Below are positions 1-8,996 of a stretch of 64,000 nt of DNA, piece after piece. The notes below the pieces were generated by a model that did not search any database, had not been told where the DNA came from, and was given only the letters and a program-made list of their open reading frames with translations. The DNA is from Flavobacteriales bacterium. Its GTDB lineage: Bacteria; Bacteroidota; Bacteroidia; Flavobacteriales_F; PHOS-HE28. Positions within the stretch are counted from its first letter, which is position 1. Every line of letters begins with the position of its first letter. The position numbers were made by a program, and so were the translations under genes. Location: NCBI GenBank assembly GCA_024103275.1, contig JAGFIV010000036.1, positions 6,279-70,278 of the forward strand, read 5' to 3'.

Positions 1-86
1 AGGATGATGCCGGCGCCGAACCCGTCGGACTGGGCCGCGGCACCGAGCCAGGATGACAGGAAGAGCACGGGGAGCAGGTGCCTCAT
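1..86 (-). CDS. Partial CDS, N-terminal signal peptide only; gene runs off the window start
   Basis: Minus-strand ATG at 84-86 begins MRHLLPVLFLSSWLGAAAQSDGFGAGIIL, a hydrophobic signal-peptide-like N-terminus. The reading frame continues past coordinate 1. Confidence 0.3.
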   Translation of the reverse strand, partial: MRHLLPVLFLSSWLGAAAQSDGFGAGII

Positions 87-114
87 GGGAAAGTGACGTA
101 AGGCGGTCCGTTCG

Positions 115-555
115 CTATTGGGCATGGGTGGGAATGATGAGCACGGGGAAGCGGTTGGCGCGCAACACGTCGTCCGAGGTGCTGCCCAGGAATGCCTTGG
201 CCAGTCCGCGGCGGCCATGGGTGCCCATCACGATCAGGTCGGCCCCGACGCGGCCGGCTTCCTGCAGGATGGTCTCCACCGTTGGCCCCAGCACCATGAT
301 GGGCCGGACATCCACGCCATCCCGGGCCAGTTGCGCGACCAGGAGGTGGAGCTTGGTCCGTTCTTCCTTCAGGATCTCGGCCCGTTCATCGCGGATGTAT
401 TGGGGGCCCGGTTCGTACCCCACGAAATCGGGATCGGGTGCTGCCACATGCAGCAGCCACAACCGGGCGCCCAGGGCCTTGGCCATGTCGCTGGCGTGCT
501 GCACCACGCGGGAGGTGTCCCCCTTGAGTTCCAGGGCGGCAAGGATGTTTTTCAT
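115..555 (-). CDS. uspA: Universal stress protein (UspA family)
   Basis: 146 aa. It has the UspA hallmarks: VLGPTVETILQEAGRVGADLIVMGTHGRRGLAKAFLGSTSDDVLRANRFPVLIIP, i.e. the ATP-binding G-x2-G-x9-G(S/T) loop and a C-terminal PVLIV motif. Confidence 0.85.
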   Translation of the reverse strand: MKNILAALELKGDTSRVVQHASDMAKALGARLWLLHVAAPDPDFVGYEPGPQYIRDERAEILKEERTKLHLLVAQLARDGVDVRPIMVLGPTVETILQEAGRVGADLIVMGTHGRRGLAKAFLGSTSDDVLRANRFPVLIIPTHAQ

Positions 556-645
556 GGATACCGGGGTTTGCGTAAAGGTAGCGCCGGGGTGATGAACGCG
601 AAATGGCGGCCGATGCCGCCATTTCGCGTTGGTTGAAAGGCCCGA

Positions 646-1257
646 TCAGGCCATCTCGTGCTCTTCCTCGGGCTGAAGCACAAGCCGGTCATAATGCTGC
701 TTGCGCAGTTTGCCGCTGCTTTGGAAGAACCACTCCCGCAAGCCGTAATGGTAACCCCGGCGCAGTCCACTGTGATGCGTGCCGAGCATCTTCTTCTTGC
801 CGCTGAGCTTTTGGAGCGTACGGGTGAGGAAGGCCTCCACCTCCGCATGCGAAAGTTGCGGCTTGTGCTTGGCCGCCCAGGCGGACACATGCGTCAGCAG
901 TTCCTCCTTCGGCATCAGGCGGCCGGTCTTTTGGATGGCTTCAATCACGGCGTTGTCCCATTCATTCAAGGGACGCTCCTTGCGCTCGCGCTTCTTGGGG
1001 CGGCCTGGTTTGCCGGGCTTCTTCGTGGCGGCTACCGGGTGCTTGCGCGGACGGCCTGGACCCCGTTTGGTTGCTGCACGGGCCTCCCCGGCATCGCCGT
1101 CGGCGCCTGCATCGCCTTCAACATCGCCACGTTGGGCCTTCAGGTCGGCGATCGCACTCTTCACTTGGTCCAATTGGAAGTTCAGCCGCCGCCGCTCATT
1201 CCGGTAATGGTTCAGCAGCTCATCGATGTTTTTTACACTTAAAAGCCTTTTGGCCAT
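646..1257 (-). CDS. AT-hook DNA-binding protein with uncharacterised C-terminal domain
   Basis: Start chosen at MAKRLLSV, an internal Met of ORF 646..1308. Two AT-hook motifs (GRPRK and GRPKK) sit in a Lys/Pro-rich linker. The N-terminus is coiled-coil-like. The conserved-looking C-terminal ~90 aa has no recognised fold. Confidence 0.6.
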   Translation of the reverse strand: MAKRLLSVKNIDELLNHYRNERRRLNFQLDQVKSAIADLKAQRGDVEGDAGADGDAGEARAATKRGPGRPRKHPVAATKKPGKPGRPKKRERKERPLNEWDNAVIEAIQKTGRLMPKEELLTHVSAWAAKHKPQLSHAEVEAFLTRTLQKLSGKKKMLGTHHSGLRRGYHYGLREWFFQSSGKLRKQHYDRLVLQPEEEHEMA

Positions 1258-1367
1258 TGGAGCAGAAATTTGGTTGGTTTGAGAATGTGCGCCAAAATTA
1301 CGGCGCAATTAATTCTTCTTAGCTGCAATACAACTGCCTTGTTCACAATAATTTGTGAAGGTTGGAT

Positions 1368-2420
1368 TCATTGTACCCGGATCATCCGGTCCCCGCGGCC
1401 CGCGTGCAATTCGCCGATCGGCTTGGCCTGGGTGCCGAAATGCTCGCTCAGTGATACTATTTTATCGACCAACCCTGGTTTGCAAGCGATAAGCAATCCC
1501 CCACTGGTCTGCGGGTCGCATAACGTGATGATGATTTTCATGTTGGCCGTGCCATCGAAATGTGGAGCGCAGCTTTTCCAATTCCTGAGCGTCGCGTCGG
1601 GATAGCAAGTTTCTTCCAGGTAGGCCGTGATCTCGGGGATCAAGGGAATGTCCGCCAGGCGTATCGTGGCGGCCACGTTGCTGCCGGCGCACATTTCGCC
1701 CAAATGCCCCAGCAGCCCGAAGCCGGTCACGTCGGTTAGTGCGTGTACGCCCTCCAAGCGCCCCAGTTCGCTGCCGAGCGCGTTGGGGGTCACCATCAGG
1801 TCGCGGGCGATATGGCGGTGTTCCGGTTTCAGCTTGCCGCGTTTGCCGGCGGTGGCCAGGATGCCGATGCCCAAGGGCTTGGTGAGCAACAGGACATCCC
1901 CGGCGCGGGCGGTGTCGTTGCGTTTGAGATGTTCCAAACGGACCTCGCCGGTGACGGCCAGGCCGAAGAAGGGTTCGGGTGAATCGATGGTGTGGCCTCC
2001 GGCCAAGGGGATGCCGGCATCATGGCAGGCCTGCCTGCCGCCGTCCACCACCCGCCCGGCCAGCTCCGCGCCCAGCTTCTCCAAGGGCCACCCCAGGATG
2101 GCCACGGCCAGCAGGGGCGTGCCGCCCATGGCATACACGTCGCCGATGGCGTTGGTGGCGGCAATGCGGCCAAAGTCGAAGGCATCGTCCACGATGGGGG
2201 TGAAGAAGTCGGTGGTGCTGATCACCGCCCGCCCGTCGCCCAGGTCATACACCGCCGCATCGTCCCGGCTGCCATAGCCCACCAGCAACCGGGGGTCGGG
2301 CAAGGTGCCCATGTTGCTGGCCAAGATCCTTTCCAGGTCGGCGGGCGCGATCTTGCATCCGCATCCGCCACCGTGGCTAAACTGGGTCAACCGGATGGTC
2401 GTCTGCCCGGGCATGTGCAT
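1368..2420 (-). CDS. selD: Selenide, water dikinase (selenophosphate synthetase), Cys-type
   Basis: The N-terminal active-site signature is IRLTQFSHGGGCGCKIAP, with Cys rather than Sec. Further motifs are DDAAVYDL, GGTPLLAVAILGWP and GGHTIDSPEPFFGLAVTG. The start is at internal Met 2420 (alternatively 2414), matching SelD N-termini. It overlaps the selU 3' end. Confidence 0.9.
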   Translation of the reverse strand: MHMPGQTTIRLTQFSHGGGCGCKIAPADLERILASNMGTLPDPRLLVGYGSRDDAAVYDLGDGRAVISTTDFFTPIVDDAFDFGRIAATNAIGDVYAMGGTPLLAVAILGWPLEKLGAELAGRVVDGGRQACHDAGIPLAGGHTIDSPEPFFGLAVTGEVRLEHLKRNDTARAGDVLLLTKPLGIGILATAGKRGKLKPEHRHIARDLMVTPNALGSELGRLEGVHALTDVTGFGLLGHLGEMCAGSNVAATIRLADIPLIPEITAYLEETCYPDATLRNWKSCAPHFDGTANMKIIITLCDPQTSGGLLIACKPGLVDKIVSLSEHFGTQAKPIGELHAGRGDRMIRVQ

Positions 2421-3426
2421 GTTCGATGAGTTGGTCGATGATGGCCTCCTGCACCAGGTCCTCGGCATGGATGGTGCGGGTACGGCTTGGGTCCCTGGTG
2501 GCGAGGCCCCGCGCGTAGGTCTTGTCGTAATAGGTGAGGGTGATCCGTGCCACCGTGTGCAGGTCACCGTTGTCCAGGGCCTCCAGCGCGGACTGGGCAT
2601 GTTGGGGTCCCAGCCGTTTTTGGATGCGCTGGATGGCGGCCGCCAGTTCCCCGGCGGGGAGTTGGCCATATTCCTTCACCAGCCGCTCCACGCGTACCTG
2701 TTGCGGCAGGTCCACAAACAGGACGGGGGCGGAGCGCATCCGTGCGAAGAAGGCATCGGGGATCTTGGCCCGGCCCACCAGCATGCTCTCATCCTCCACC
2801 CAGATGGCCTGCCGGGGATCCATGCGGTGCAGCTTGTCCCAGATCAGGTTCTCGAATTGCTCGGTGCTGGGCTGCGGCGGTTCTCCGATGCCCCCGAAGG
2901 CCGATCCCTTGTGGCGGGCCAGGCCCTCCAGGTCCACTACCTGGCAACCTTTGGCCTGCAAGCACCTCAAGAGCATGGTCTTGCCGGTCCCCGTGAACCC
3001 GCCGACCACCTGCAGCCTCCACGGCTGGCTGAACGAGTTGATCACGTGGTGGCGGAATGCCTTGTAGCCTTGCCGCAGGACCGCCACTTCCAGTCCGCCC
3101 GTCTTTTCCAGCAGCCAGGCCATGCTCGCGCTTCGTTCGCCGCCGCGCCAGCAGTGTAAGCCCACCCGTCCGCCGGGAGCCAATGCCTGCACTTGCTCCA
3201 CCAGGCCCGCCAACTTCGGCCCCACCAGGCGCAGCCCTTCCAGCAACGCCTCCTGTCGGCCCGTTTGCTTGTACAAGGTGCCCACCACGGCCCGTTCACC
3301 ATCGGAGAACAAAGGGAGGTTGAAGGCACCGGGAATATGGCCCTGTGCGAATTCACCGGGAGACCGCACATCGATCAAGGGCAGCCCCGCCGCCAGAAAG
3401 TCTTCAATACCCAGGATGGTCGGCAC
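2377..3426 (-). CDS. selU: tRNA 2-selenouridine synthase (rhodanese + P-loop)
   Basis: 349 aa. The N-terminal rhodanese domain reads LIDVRSPGEFAQGHIPGAFNLP with a CWRGGERS active-site Cys loop. A Walker A-like GGFTGTGKT follows. It lies directly upstream of selD on the same strand, the classic selU-selD pairing. Confidence 0.85.
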   Translation of the reverse strand: MPTILGIEDFLAAGLPLIDVRSPGEFAQGHIPGAFNLPLFSDGERAVVGTLYKQTGRQEALLEGLRLVGPKLAGLVEQVQALAPGGRVGLHCWRGGERSASMAWLLEKTGGLEVAVLRQGYKAFRHHVINSFSQPWRLQVVGGFTGTGKTMLLRCLQAKGCQVVDLEGLARHKGSAFGGIGEPPQPSTEQFENLIWDKLHRMDPRQAIWVEDESMLVGRAKIPDAFFARMRSAPVLFVDLPQQVRVERLVKEYGQLPAGELAAAIQRIQKRLGPQHAQSALEALDNGDLHTVARITLTYYDKTYARGLATRDPSRTRTIHAEDLVQEAIIDQLIEHAHARADDHPVDPV

Positions 3427-3602
3427 GCCACGAAATTACTTGGTGTGGGTGGAACGAGCGGGCCGCATTGGGACACAAGTTTCACCGTTCATCCCCCATT
3501 TCCCGGCCCAGGCTGCCGATCATACGGCAAGGTCCCTTGTACGCGCCGAAAGGACATTGCAACAAGGCGGCGTTGCAGGGGGAATGGCGCGGCCGCGATG
3601 CC

Positions 3603-5006
3603 CTATCGCGGGTTTTTGTAGTTGTCCATCACCTCTTCCCGCTTCACCCCGCCGTCCGCCATGCCCGGCACCAGCATGTCCAGCCACCGGGGATTGGTCA
3701 GCTCGCCCGGCATGTCCGAGGTGAGCAGCGTCCAGCAGGTGGTGGAGCGCTCGGGTTGGTAGAAGACGAAACGGCGGTCGGAGTATTTGGAGGCGCGGTA
3801 GTAGTGCCAGATCATATAGGGCACCGCTTGCGTTTCCTGGCTCCGGTCCACCACCGTGTTGGGCGCACCGTAGCGCAGGTAGATGTACCCTTGGTCGCTT
3901 TGGTAGCCGCGCATGTTGCGGCAGCCGAACTTCCGGTTGGCGTAGTTCACCGCTTCCAGGTACTGCGCCCAGGCCGCCTTGGGGTCGGCGGGGTTGCGGT
4001 TGTACCAGAAGGTATACATCAACTGCCGCATCAGGTCAGGGCGTTGGTCCTTGGCGCGGTCGTCGATCATTTTGCGTTCCAGTTCATCGGCGATGGGCCG
4101 CATGGACCGCAGGTACTCGGCCAAGGTGTCGGGGTCCGTAAAGGCATCGGTGAAGTTGGGCCCGAGCTCGCCGCCGACAAGCTTGTCCGGCTCCAGGACC
4201 ATGGGGTTGTTCCGTTGGAAGAACTGCGTGCGCCGCTGCACCACCGAATCCTGCCTGTCATGCAGTTCCAAGGCCAGCAGGTAGTTGCCGCTGGGCAGGT
4301 GGCCGATGCCGAATTCCACGGCGGCGGGCACCACCGTGTCCGCCTTCATGCGCTGCACATGCCTAAAGTGGCCCACCACCTGTCCGCTCTCGTAATCCTC
4401 GATCTGCGTGACCAGGAGGAAGGCACCGTCGGGGCCGAAGTGTTTCAGCGTTCCATACACCTCGGCATAGGAGCCCAGCTTGTCCGTTTCCTGCGGGAAG
4501 TAGGTGCCGGGGAAGGGGTGAACCTGCCCGGTACCGCCGGGCGGCACGGTGAACAGGATGTCGGAAAAGGTCATTTCGTCACCGCGGTCGGGGATCACCA
4601 GGGGAAGGTTGACGTAGGTGCGTGCGGTGTCGGCCAGGTTGGCGTCGTGCAGTTCCACAGTGATGGCATACTCGCCCGGCGGCAGCAGGAAATGGGCCTG
4701 GTAGGTGAAGTCGCCTTGCAAGGTGTCCGCCCGGTCGGGCGAGGCGATGCGCTCCTTGCGGAAGTCCACGATGCTGTCCCCGCGCTCGATCAAGGTGAGG
4801 GCATCCACCAGGGCATGTTGGAACCCGCGGTCGTCCATGGTCCAAAGCACGGTGCCGCCCAGCACGGCGATGTTCACGTCCACCCGTTCGCCCTTGCCGG
4901 GCTCGTGGAAACGCTTGGTCTCCACCACGGCATCCAGCCGCGTTTGTGCCCAGGTGCCCACGGGCAGCAGGCAGGCGGCCATCAACAGGGATCTGCAGGT
5001 CGTCAT
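3603..5006 (-). CDS. GWxTD domain-containing secreted protein
   Basis: 467 aa with signal peptide MTTCRSLLMAACLLPVGTWAQ. The C-terminal region has the GWxTD-family signature FGCRNMRGYQSDQGYIYLRYGAPN ... YQPE, a family restricted to Bacteroidetes/Chlorobi. Confidence 0.8.
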   Translation of the reverse strand: MTTCRSLLMAACLLPVGTWAQTRLDAVVETKRFHEPGKGERVDVNIAVLGGTVLWTMDDRGFQHALVDALTLIERGDSIVDFRKERIASPDRADTLQGDFTYQAHFLLPPGEYAITVELHDANLADTARTYVNLPLVIPDRGDEMTFSDILFTVPPGGTGQVHPFPGTYFPQETDKLGSYAEVYGTLKHFGPDGAFLLVTQIEDYESGQVVGHFRHVQRMKADTVVPAAVEFGIGHLPSGNYLLALELHDRQDSVVQRRTQFFQRNNPMVLEPDKLVGGELGPNFTDAFTDPDTLAEYLRSMRPIADELERKMIDDRAKDQRPDLMRQLMYTFWYNRNPADPKAAWAQYLEAVNYANRKFGCRNMRGYQSDQGYIYLRYGAPNTVVDRSQETQAVPYMIWHYYRASKYSDRRFVFYQPERSTTCWTLLTSDMPGELTNPRWLDMLVPGMADGGVKREEVMDNYKNPR

Positions 5007-5193
5007 GCCTCAAAGTTACTGTGGGGCCCGGTAGAAGGCACGTGGTGCGGCCTGCGGATCCGGGCATCGTTGGCGGTGGGCCTGGGACCGGTTTGATCGG
5101 CCGATGGTGCGGCATGCTGCGATCCCGGCAACGGTTCCCACGCAGTCCGTACCGGTCTGTCCGCCGGGCTACTTTCGCGCCGCCGCTTCCCCC

Positions 5194-6366
5194 ATGCGCC
5201 ACCGCCTATATATCGACGATGCCCGGCAACGGGTCCGCCTGGGGCACCCGTGGATCTTCGACAACCAGGTGAGGCGCGTCGAAGGGTCGCCGCAGCCGGG
5301 CGAGGTGGTGCAGGTCTTTGATGTGCGCAAGGGGCCGCTGGGCCAAGGGTATTTCAACCCGCATTCGAAGATCCGCGTGCGCATGCTCACCAAAGACCTC
5401 GATGAGGCGGTGGATGCGGCCTTTTTCCGGCGGAAGGTGCAGGCGGCCTGGGACCTGCGGGTGCGCTTGGGGCAACCGGAAAGCTGCCGCGTGGTCTTCG
5501 GCGAGGCCGACGGCCTGCCTGCTCTGGTGGTGGACAAATTCAACGACGTGCTGGTGGTGCAGACCTTGGCGCTGGGGATGGACCGCTTCAAGGCGGAAGT
5601 GGTGCAGGCGCTGAACGAGGTGCTGTCGCCCCGTGGCATCTATGAGCGCAATGATGTGCCGGTGCGGGAGAAGGAGGGGCTCGGGCAGGTAAAGGGGTTC
5701 ATCGGCGGGGCGTTCGACACCGGTCTGGAGATCATGGAGAACGGGTTGCGCTTCGCCGTGGACGTGGCGCAAGGGCAGAAGACGGGGCATTTCCTGGACC
5801 AGCGGCTGAACCACGCGGCGTTGGAACATGTGGCGAAAGGGGCCCGTGTGCTGGACTGCTTCACGCACACCGGCGGCTTTGCCCTGCATGCGGCGCAATA
5901 CGGGGCCCGGGAAGTGCTGGGCCTGGACATCAGTGGGGAGGCCGTGGCCCAGGCGCGGGCCAACGCGGTGTTGAACGGCCTCGACGGCATTTGCACGTTC
6001 CGGGCGGAGAACGTATTCGACCATCTCTCCAGGCCCACGGCTCCCGGGAAGGGTTGGGACGTGATCGTGCTGGACCCGCCGGCCTTTGCCAAGAGCCGTT
6101 CGGCGCTGGAGGGTGCCATCAGGGGCTACAAGGAGATCAACCTGCGGGCGATCAAGGCGCTGCCACCGGGCGGCTTCCTGGTGTCCTGTTCCTGCTCGCA
6201 GCACATGGTGCCCGACCTGTTCCGCAGGACCATCGCCGATGCCGCGCGCGACGCGCACCGCGAATTGCGGGAGGTATTCAGCGGCGGGCAGCCGCCGGAC
6301 CACCCGGTACACTGGTCCATCCCGGAAACGCACTACCTGAAGTGCTTGATCCTGCAAGTGCTGTAG
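5194..6366 (+). CDS. rlmI: 23S rRNA (cytosine1962-C5)-methyltransferase RlmI-like (PUA + class I SAM MTase)
   Basis: Start chosen at MRHRLYI, an internal Met of ORF 5104..6366. Motifs VLDCFTHTGGFALHAA, DVIVLDPPAFAKS and GFLVSCSCSQHM closely resemble E. coli RlmI (VLDCFSYTGGF, DVIVMDPPKF, LLTFSCSG). Confidence 0.85.
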   Translation: MRHRLYIDDARQRVRLGHPWIFDNQVRRVEGSPQPGEVVQVFDVRKGPLGQGYFNPHSKIRVRMLTKDLDEAVDAAFFRRKVQAAWDLRVRLGQPESCRVVFGEADGLPALVVDKFNDVLVVQTLALGMDRFKAEVVQALNEVLSPRGIYERNDVPVREKEGLGQVKGFIGGAFDTGLEIMENGLRFAVDVAQGQKTGHFLDQRLNHAALEHVAKGARVLDCFTHTGGFALHAAQYGAREVLGLDISGEAVAQARANAVLNGLDGICTFRAENVFDHLSRPTAPGKGWDVIVLDPPAFAKSRSALEGAIRGYKEINLRAIKALPPGGFLVSCSCSQHMVPDLFRRTIADAARDAHRELREVFSGGQPPDHPVHWSIPETHYLKCLILQVL

Positions 6367-6378
6367 GACTGGGCCGGT

Positions 6379-7572
6379 TCAGGCCGCCGAGGGGCCGGGG
6401 TCCGCTTTGGTCGTTTTCACCTTGCGGCGGCGCAGGGCCAGGCGGATGCGCTTCTCCTTGGGCCACCGCTTTTCCTCGCCCAGGATGAACCCCCAGGGCT
6501 TGAGGGTGGGGATCTCGTCGAACACCAGCTTCATCATCCCGGTGATGGGGATGGCCAGGATCAGGCCCATGAAGCCCCACAGCGATCCCCAGGCGATCAG
6601 CGCGATCATGCTGGCCAGGGGGTTGATGCTGACGCTGGAGCCCACGATCTTGGGCGTCACGAGATTGTTGTCCAGGAATTGGGTGAAGGCGATCACGGCC
6701 ACCACGCCCACGGCCACCATGACCGAGTCCTTGGTGAGCAGGGCGATCAGCACGGGGAACAGCGCGCCGAGCCATGGTCCCACGTAGGGGATCACGTTGA
6801 GCAGGGCGGCCGTGGCGGCCAGCAGGATGGCATACGGCAGGCCCAGCGCCAGGAAGCCGATGGCATCCAGCACGCCGATGAAGGCCATGACGATGATCAC
6901 CCCTTTGAGCCACTTGCGCGAGAGGTGCGCGATGTTTTCCACCACGCGTACCACCGCTCCGTCGCGGTTGCTCCCCAGCTGGGTGAAGAAAGCGCGGAAG
7001 CGCCCCTTCATCAGCAGCAGGAAGAACGTGATGATGGGGATGATCACCGCCGTGCCCAGGACCGATCCGGTGGCGGTGAACAGGTTCATGGCCATGGCGC
7101 CCGCGCGGTCGGTGAAGGCGGTAAGCTCCTTGTTCAGCCATTCGATCTGTTGGCCTTGGCTGATGTTAAAGCGTTGTTCCACGAACTCCTGGCCCTGCTG
7201 GATGCGGGCCATGAAGGCGGACTGCAGGGCGGGCAGGTCCTTGCCGAAATGGGCGTACTGCCACCCCAGGAATCCCAGCACGCCGAATAATACCAGCACC
7301 AGCAACAGGAAACTGGCGCTTGCCGCCAGCCCAAGCGGCCAGCCCCAGCGCTCCAGGCGTTGGCACACGGGGAGCAACAGGAAGCTGAAGATCCCCGCCA
7401 CGAAGAGCAGGATGAAAAGATCACGCGCCAGATAGAGGATGGCCACGGTACCGACCAAGGCCAGCACCACCAGCACATAGCGCAACAGGGGATCGGTGAT
7501 CCGTCCAGGGCCCGGCAGGCCCGCGTGGTGGGCGGGTCGGTCCTCCATGTCAATCACCATCTTGTTCCGCAT
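6379..7572 (-). CDS. AI-2E family transporter (PerM/YhhT-like)
   Basis: 397 aa polytopic membrane protein with the typical AI-2E C-terminal motif LNVIPYVGPWLGALFPVLIALL ... LAIPITGMMKLVFD. Alternative starts at 7560 or 7548 are possible; 7548 would abut the downstream gene's stop. Confidence 0.85.
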   Translation of the reverse strand: MRNKMVIDMEDRPAHHAGLPGPGRITDPLLRYVLVVLALVGTVAILYLARDLFILLFVAGIFSFLLLPVCQRLERWGWPLGLAASASFLLLVLVLFGVLGFLGWQYAHFGKDLPALQSAFMARIQQGQEFVEQRFNISQGQQIEWLNKELTAFTDRAGAMAMNLFTATGSVLGTAVIIPIITFFLLLMKGRFRAFFTQLGSNRDGAVVRVVENIAHLSRKWLKGVIIVMAFIGVLDAIGFLALGLPYAILLAATAALLNVIPYVGPWLGALFPVLIALLTKDSVMVAVGVVAVIAFTQFLDNNLVTPKIVGSSVSINPLASMIALIAWGSLWGFMGLILAIPITGMMKLVFDEIPTLKPWGFILGEEKRWPKEKRIRLALRRRKVKTTKADPGPSAA

Positions 7573-7990
7573 GCCGTGCCCGGCGTTCCCTCCAGAACGC
7601 CCTGGCCCGGCCCATGCTGATGCCCACTTCGTGGCCGATGTCGGCCCATGACACGTTTTCCAAGGTTTTCAACAGCGACGGCGCCGCCCAGCCCAAGGCC
7701 ATCAGGCCGGCCCGCTTGGCCCAGCTTCCCTGGTTGGCGCCCAGGGCCAGTTTGAGCCCGCCCAGCAGGCCTTCCCGCACGAAACCTCCGCCTTTTGTGC
7801 CTTTGTGCCACAGGCCGGCAAAGGCACCCCGCAGCGCATTGGCCGCCATCTCCCGACGGAAGTCCTGTTCCGCCAACTGCCCCAAGTGTGCCTGTAGGCG
7901 GTCGGCATGGCCGTCGCGCAAGGCCGTCAAGCGCTGCCGTTCAGCCTCCACGGCCCGCAGGTCGGCAAAGCGCTTAGGCTTCCTCGTCAT
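7550..7990 (-). CDS. Hypothetical protein (coiled-coil N-terminus, hydrophobic C-terminus)
   Basis: 146 aa ORF with coding-like GC3. It forms a co-directional trio with the holin-like and YtxH genes. No recognisable motif. Confidence 0.5.
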   Translation of the reverse strand: MTRKPKRFADLRAVEAERQRLTALRDGHADRLQAHLGQLAEQDFRREMAANALRGAFAGLWHKGTKGGGFVREGLLGGLKLALGANQGSWAKRAGLMALGWAAPSLLKTLENVSWADIGHEVGISMGRARAFWRERRARHAEQDGD

Positions 7991-8417
7991 CGTACAGGGA
8001 ATTGATCAACCGCAGCGTGATCAACCGCCGTGCCTTCGGGCCGATCACGAAATGGGCCAGCAACAGCAGGACGATGTACATGCCCGCCACCGTGAGCAGG
8101 CCCCACGCCAGGCCATTCATCAGGTTTCCCAGCCAGACCGCCAAGGCCAAGCTGGCGAAGATCACGATCATCACCACCGCCACGGACGTGAGCAGGACCT
8201 GCAGCAGGAGACCTGCCGCGTGGCCCGCCTTTTCGTAGGCACGCAGCGTGAACAACCGCTTTTGCGCGTCCCACCATCCTTGCGCATCCGTGGACATGGA
8301 AAGGAAGAACTCCGCCACGTCCGGGCCTGTCCCGTTATCCGTGTCGTGCATTTCCCCTTCGTGGTCGCCGGTGGCCGCCATGGTTGCCGAAAGTATGGAA
8401 TGGTCCTGCCCGGGCAA
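7974..8417 (-). CDS. Small membrane protein, phage holin (Holin-X/superfamily III)-like
   Basis: Two predicted TM helices (LLLQVLLTSVAVVMIVIFASLALAVWL and GLLTVAGMYIVLLLLAHFVI) follow an acidic N-terminus. The true start may be the internal Met at 8381. The family call is tentative. Confidence 0.5.
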   Translation of the reverse strand: MPGQDHSILSATMAATGDHEGEMHDTDNGTGPDVAEFFLSMSTDAQGWWDAQKRLFTLRAYEKAGHAAGLLLQVLLTSVAVVMIVIFASLALAVWLGNLMNGLAWGLLTVAGMYIVLLLLAHFVIGPKARRLITLRLINSLYDDEEA

Positions 8418-8442
8418 CCGGGCGGGACCATTCCTTGCCGTT

Positions 8443-8802
8443 TCAGTTGTTGATCACCTGGTCCGCCGTGTGCCGCGAGGACGATGCGGAAGCCGTGTGT
8501 CCATCACCCTTGATGTCGCGTTTGATGCGCTCCTTCAGGTCGGCCCCCTCCTCGGCCATGAATTGCAGGAAGTCCTTGATGTCTTCCTTGGTCATGTGTG
8601 CACGTTCCACGAACCGGTTCTTCGCCTTCCGCCATTTTTCAAAGCCGCTGTCCAGCAGCTCGTCCAGTTCGTCCTTGAAATGCTCCCCCTTTTTCCTGAG
8701 GATCTCACGTGTTTCCTTGCCCGACCGTGGTGCCAACAACACCCCGACCGCCGCGCCTGCGGCAAAGCCGAGCAGGACGCCCAACAACGTTTTTCCGGTG
8801 CT
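8443..8802 (-). CDS. YtxH domain-containing protein
   Basis: Start at MSTGKTLLGVLLGFAAGAAVGVLLAPRSGKETR, the characteristic YtxH N-terminal TM plus APxSGxETR motif. This is followed by a coiled-coil Lys/Glu-rich tail. Confidence 0.7.
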   Translation of the reverse strand, partial: STGKTLLGVLLGFAAGAAVGVLLAPRSGKETREILRKKGEHFKDELDELLDSGFEKWRKAKNRFVERAHMTKEDIKDFLQFMAEEGADLKERIKRDIKGDGHTASASSSRHTADQVINN

Positions 8803-8996
8803 CATGATCTTTTGGGTTTTGCCGGAAGGCACGAAAATCCATGCCACCGTTTGGCACCGTTCAGTCTGTCAGGCCAACGGGCAATGGCGGGGGAAAAAAT
8901 TCTTCCGCCGTATTGCTGATCGGGGACAAGATGCCCCACCGGCCGATCCCGGCGCGACGGCAAAAGATGCCAGGCGCAGCAGGCGGTTTCCCGGGG

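Noticed and set aside
3345-5096. 583-aa plus-strand ORF
   Set aside because: Antisense shadow of the GWxTD gene (3603-5006, minus). The translation is Gly/Val/His/Ala-rich nonsense, typical of high-GC DNA.
5206-6357. 383-aa minus-strand ORF
   Set aside because: Antisense to rlmI. No motifs. Arg/Pro/His-rich.
7974-8417. Prophage lysis cassette
   Set aside because: A holin-like fold only. There are no endolysin, spanin or other phage genes nearby. The trio with YtxH looks chromosomal.
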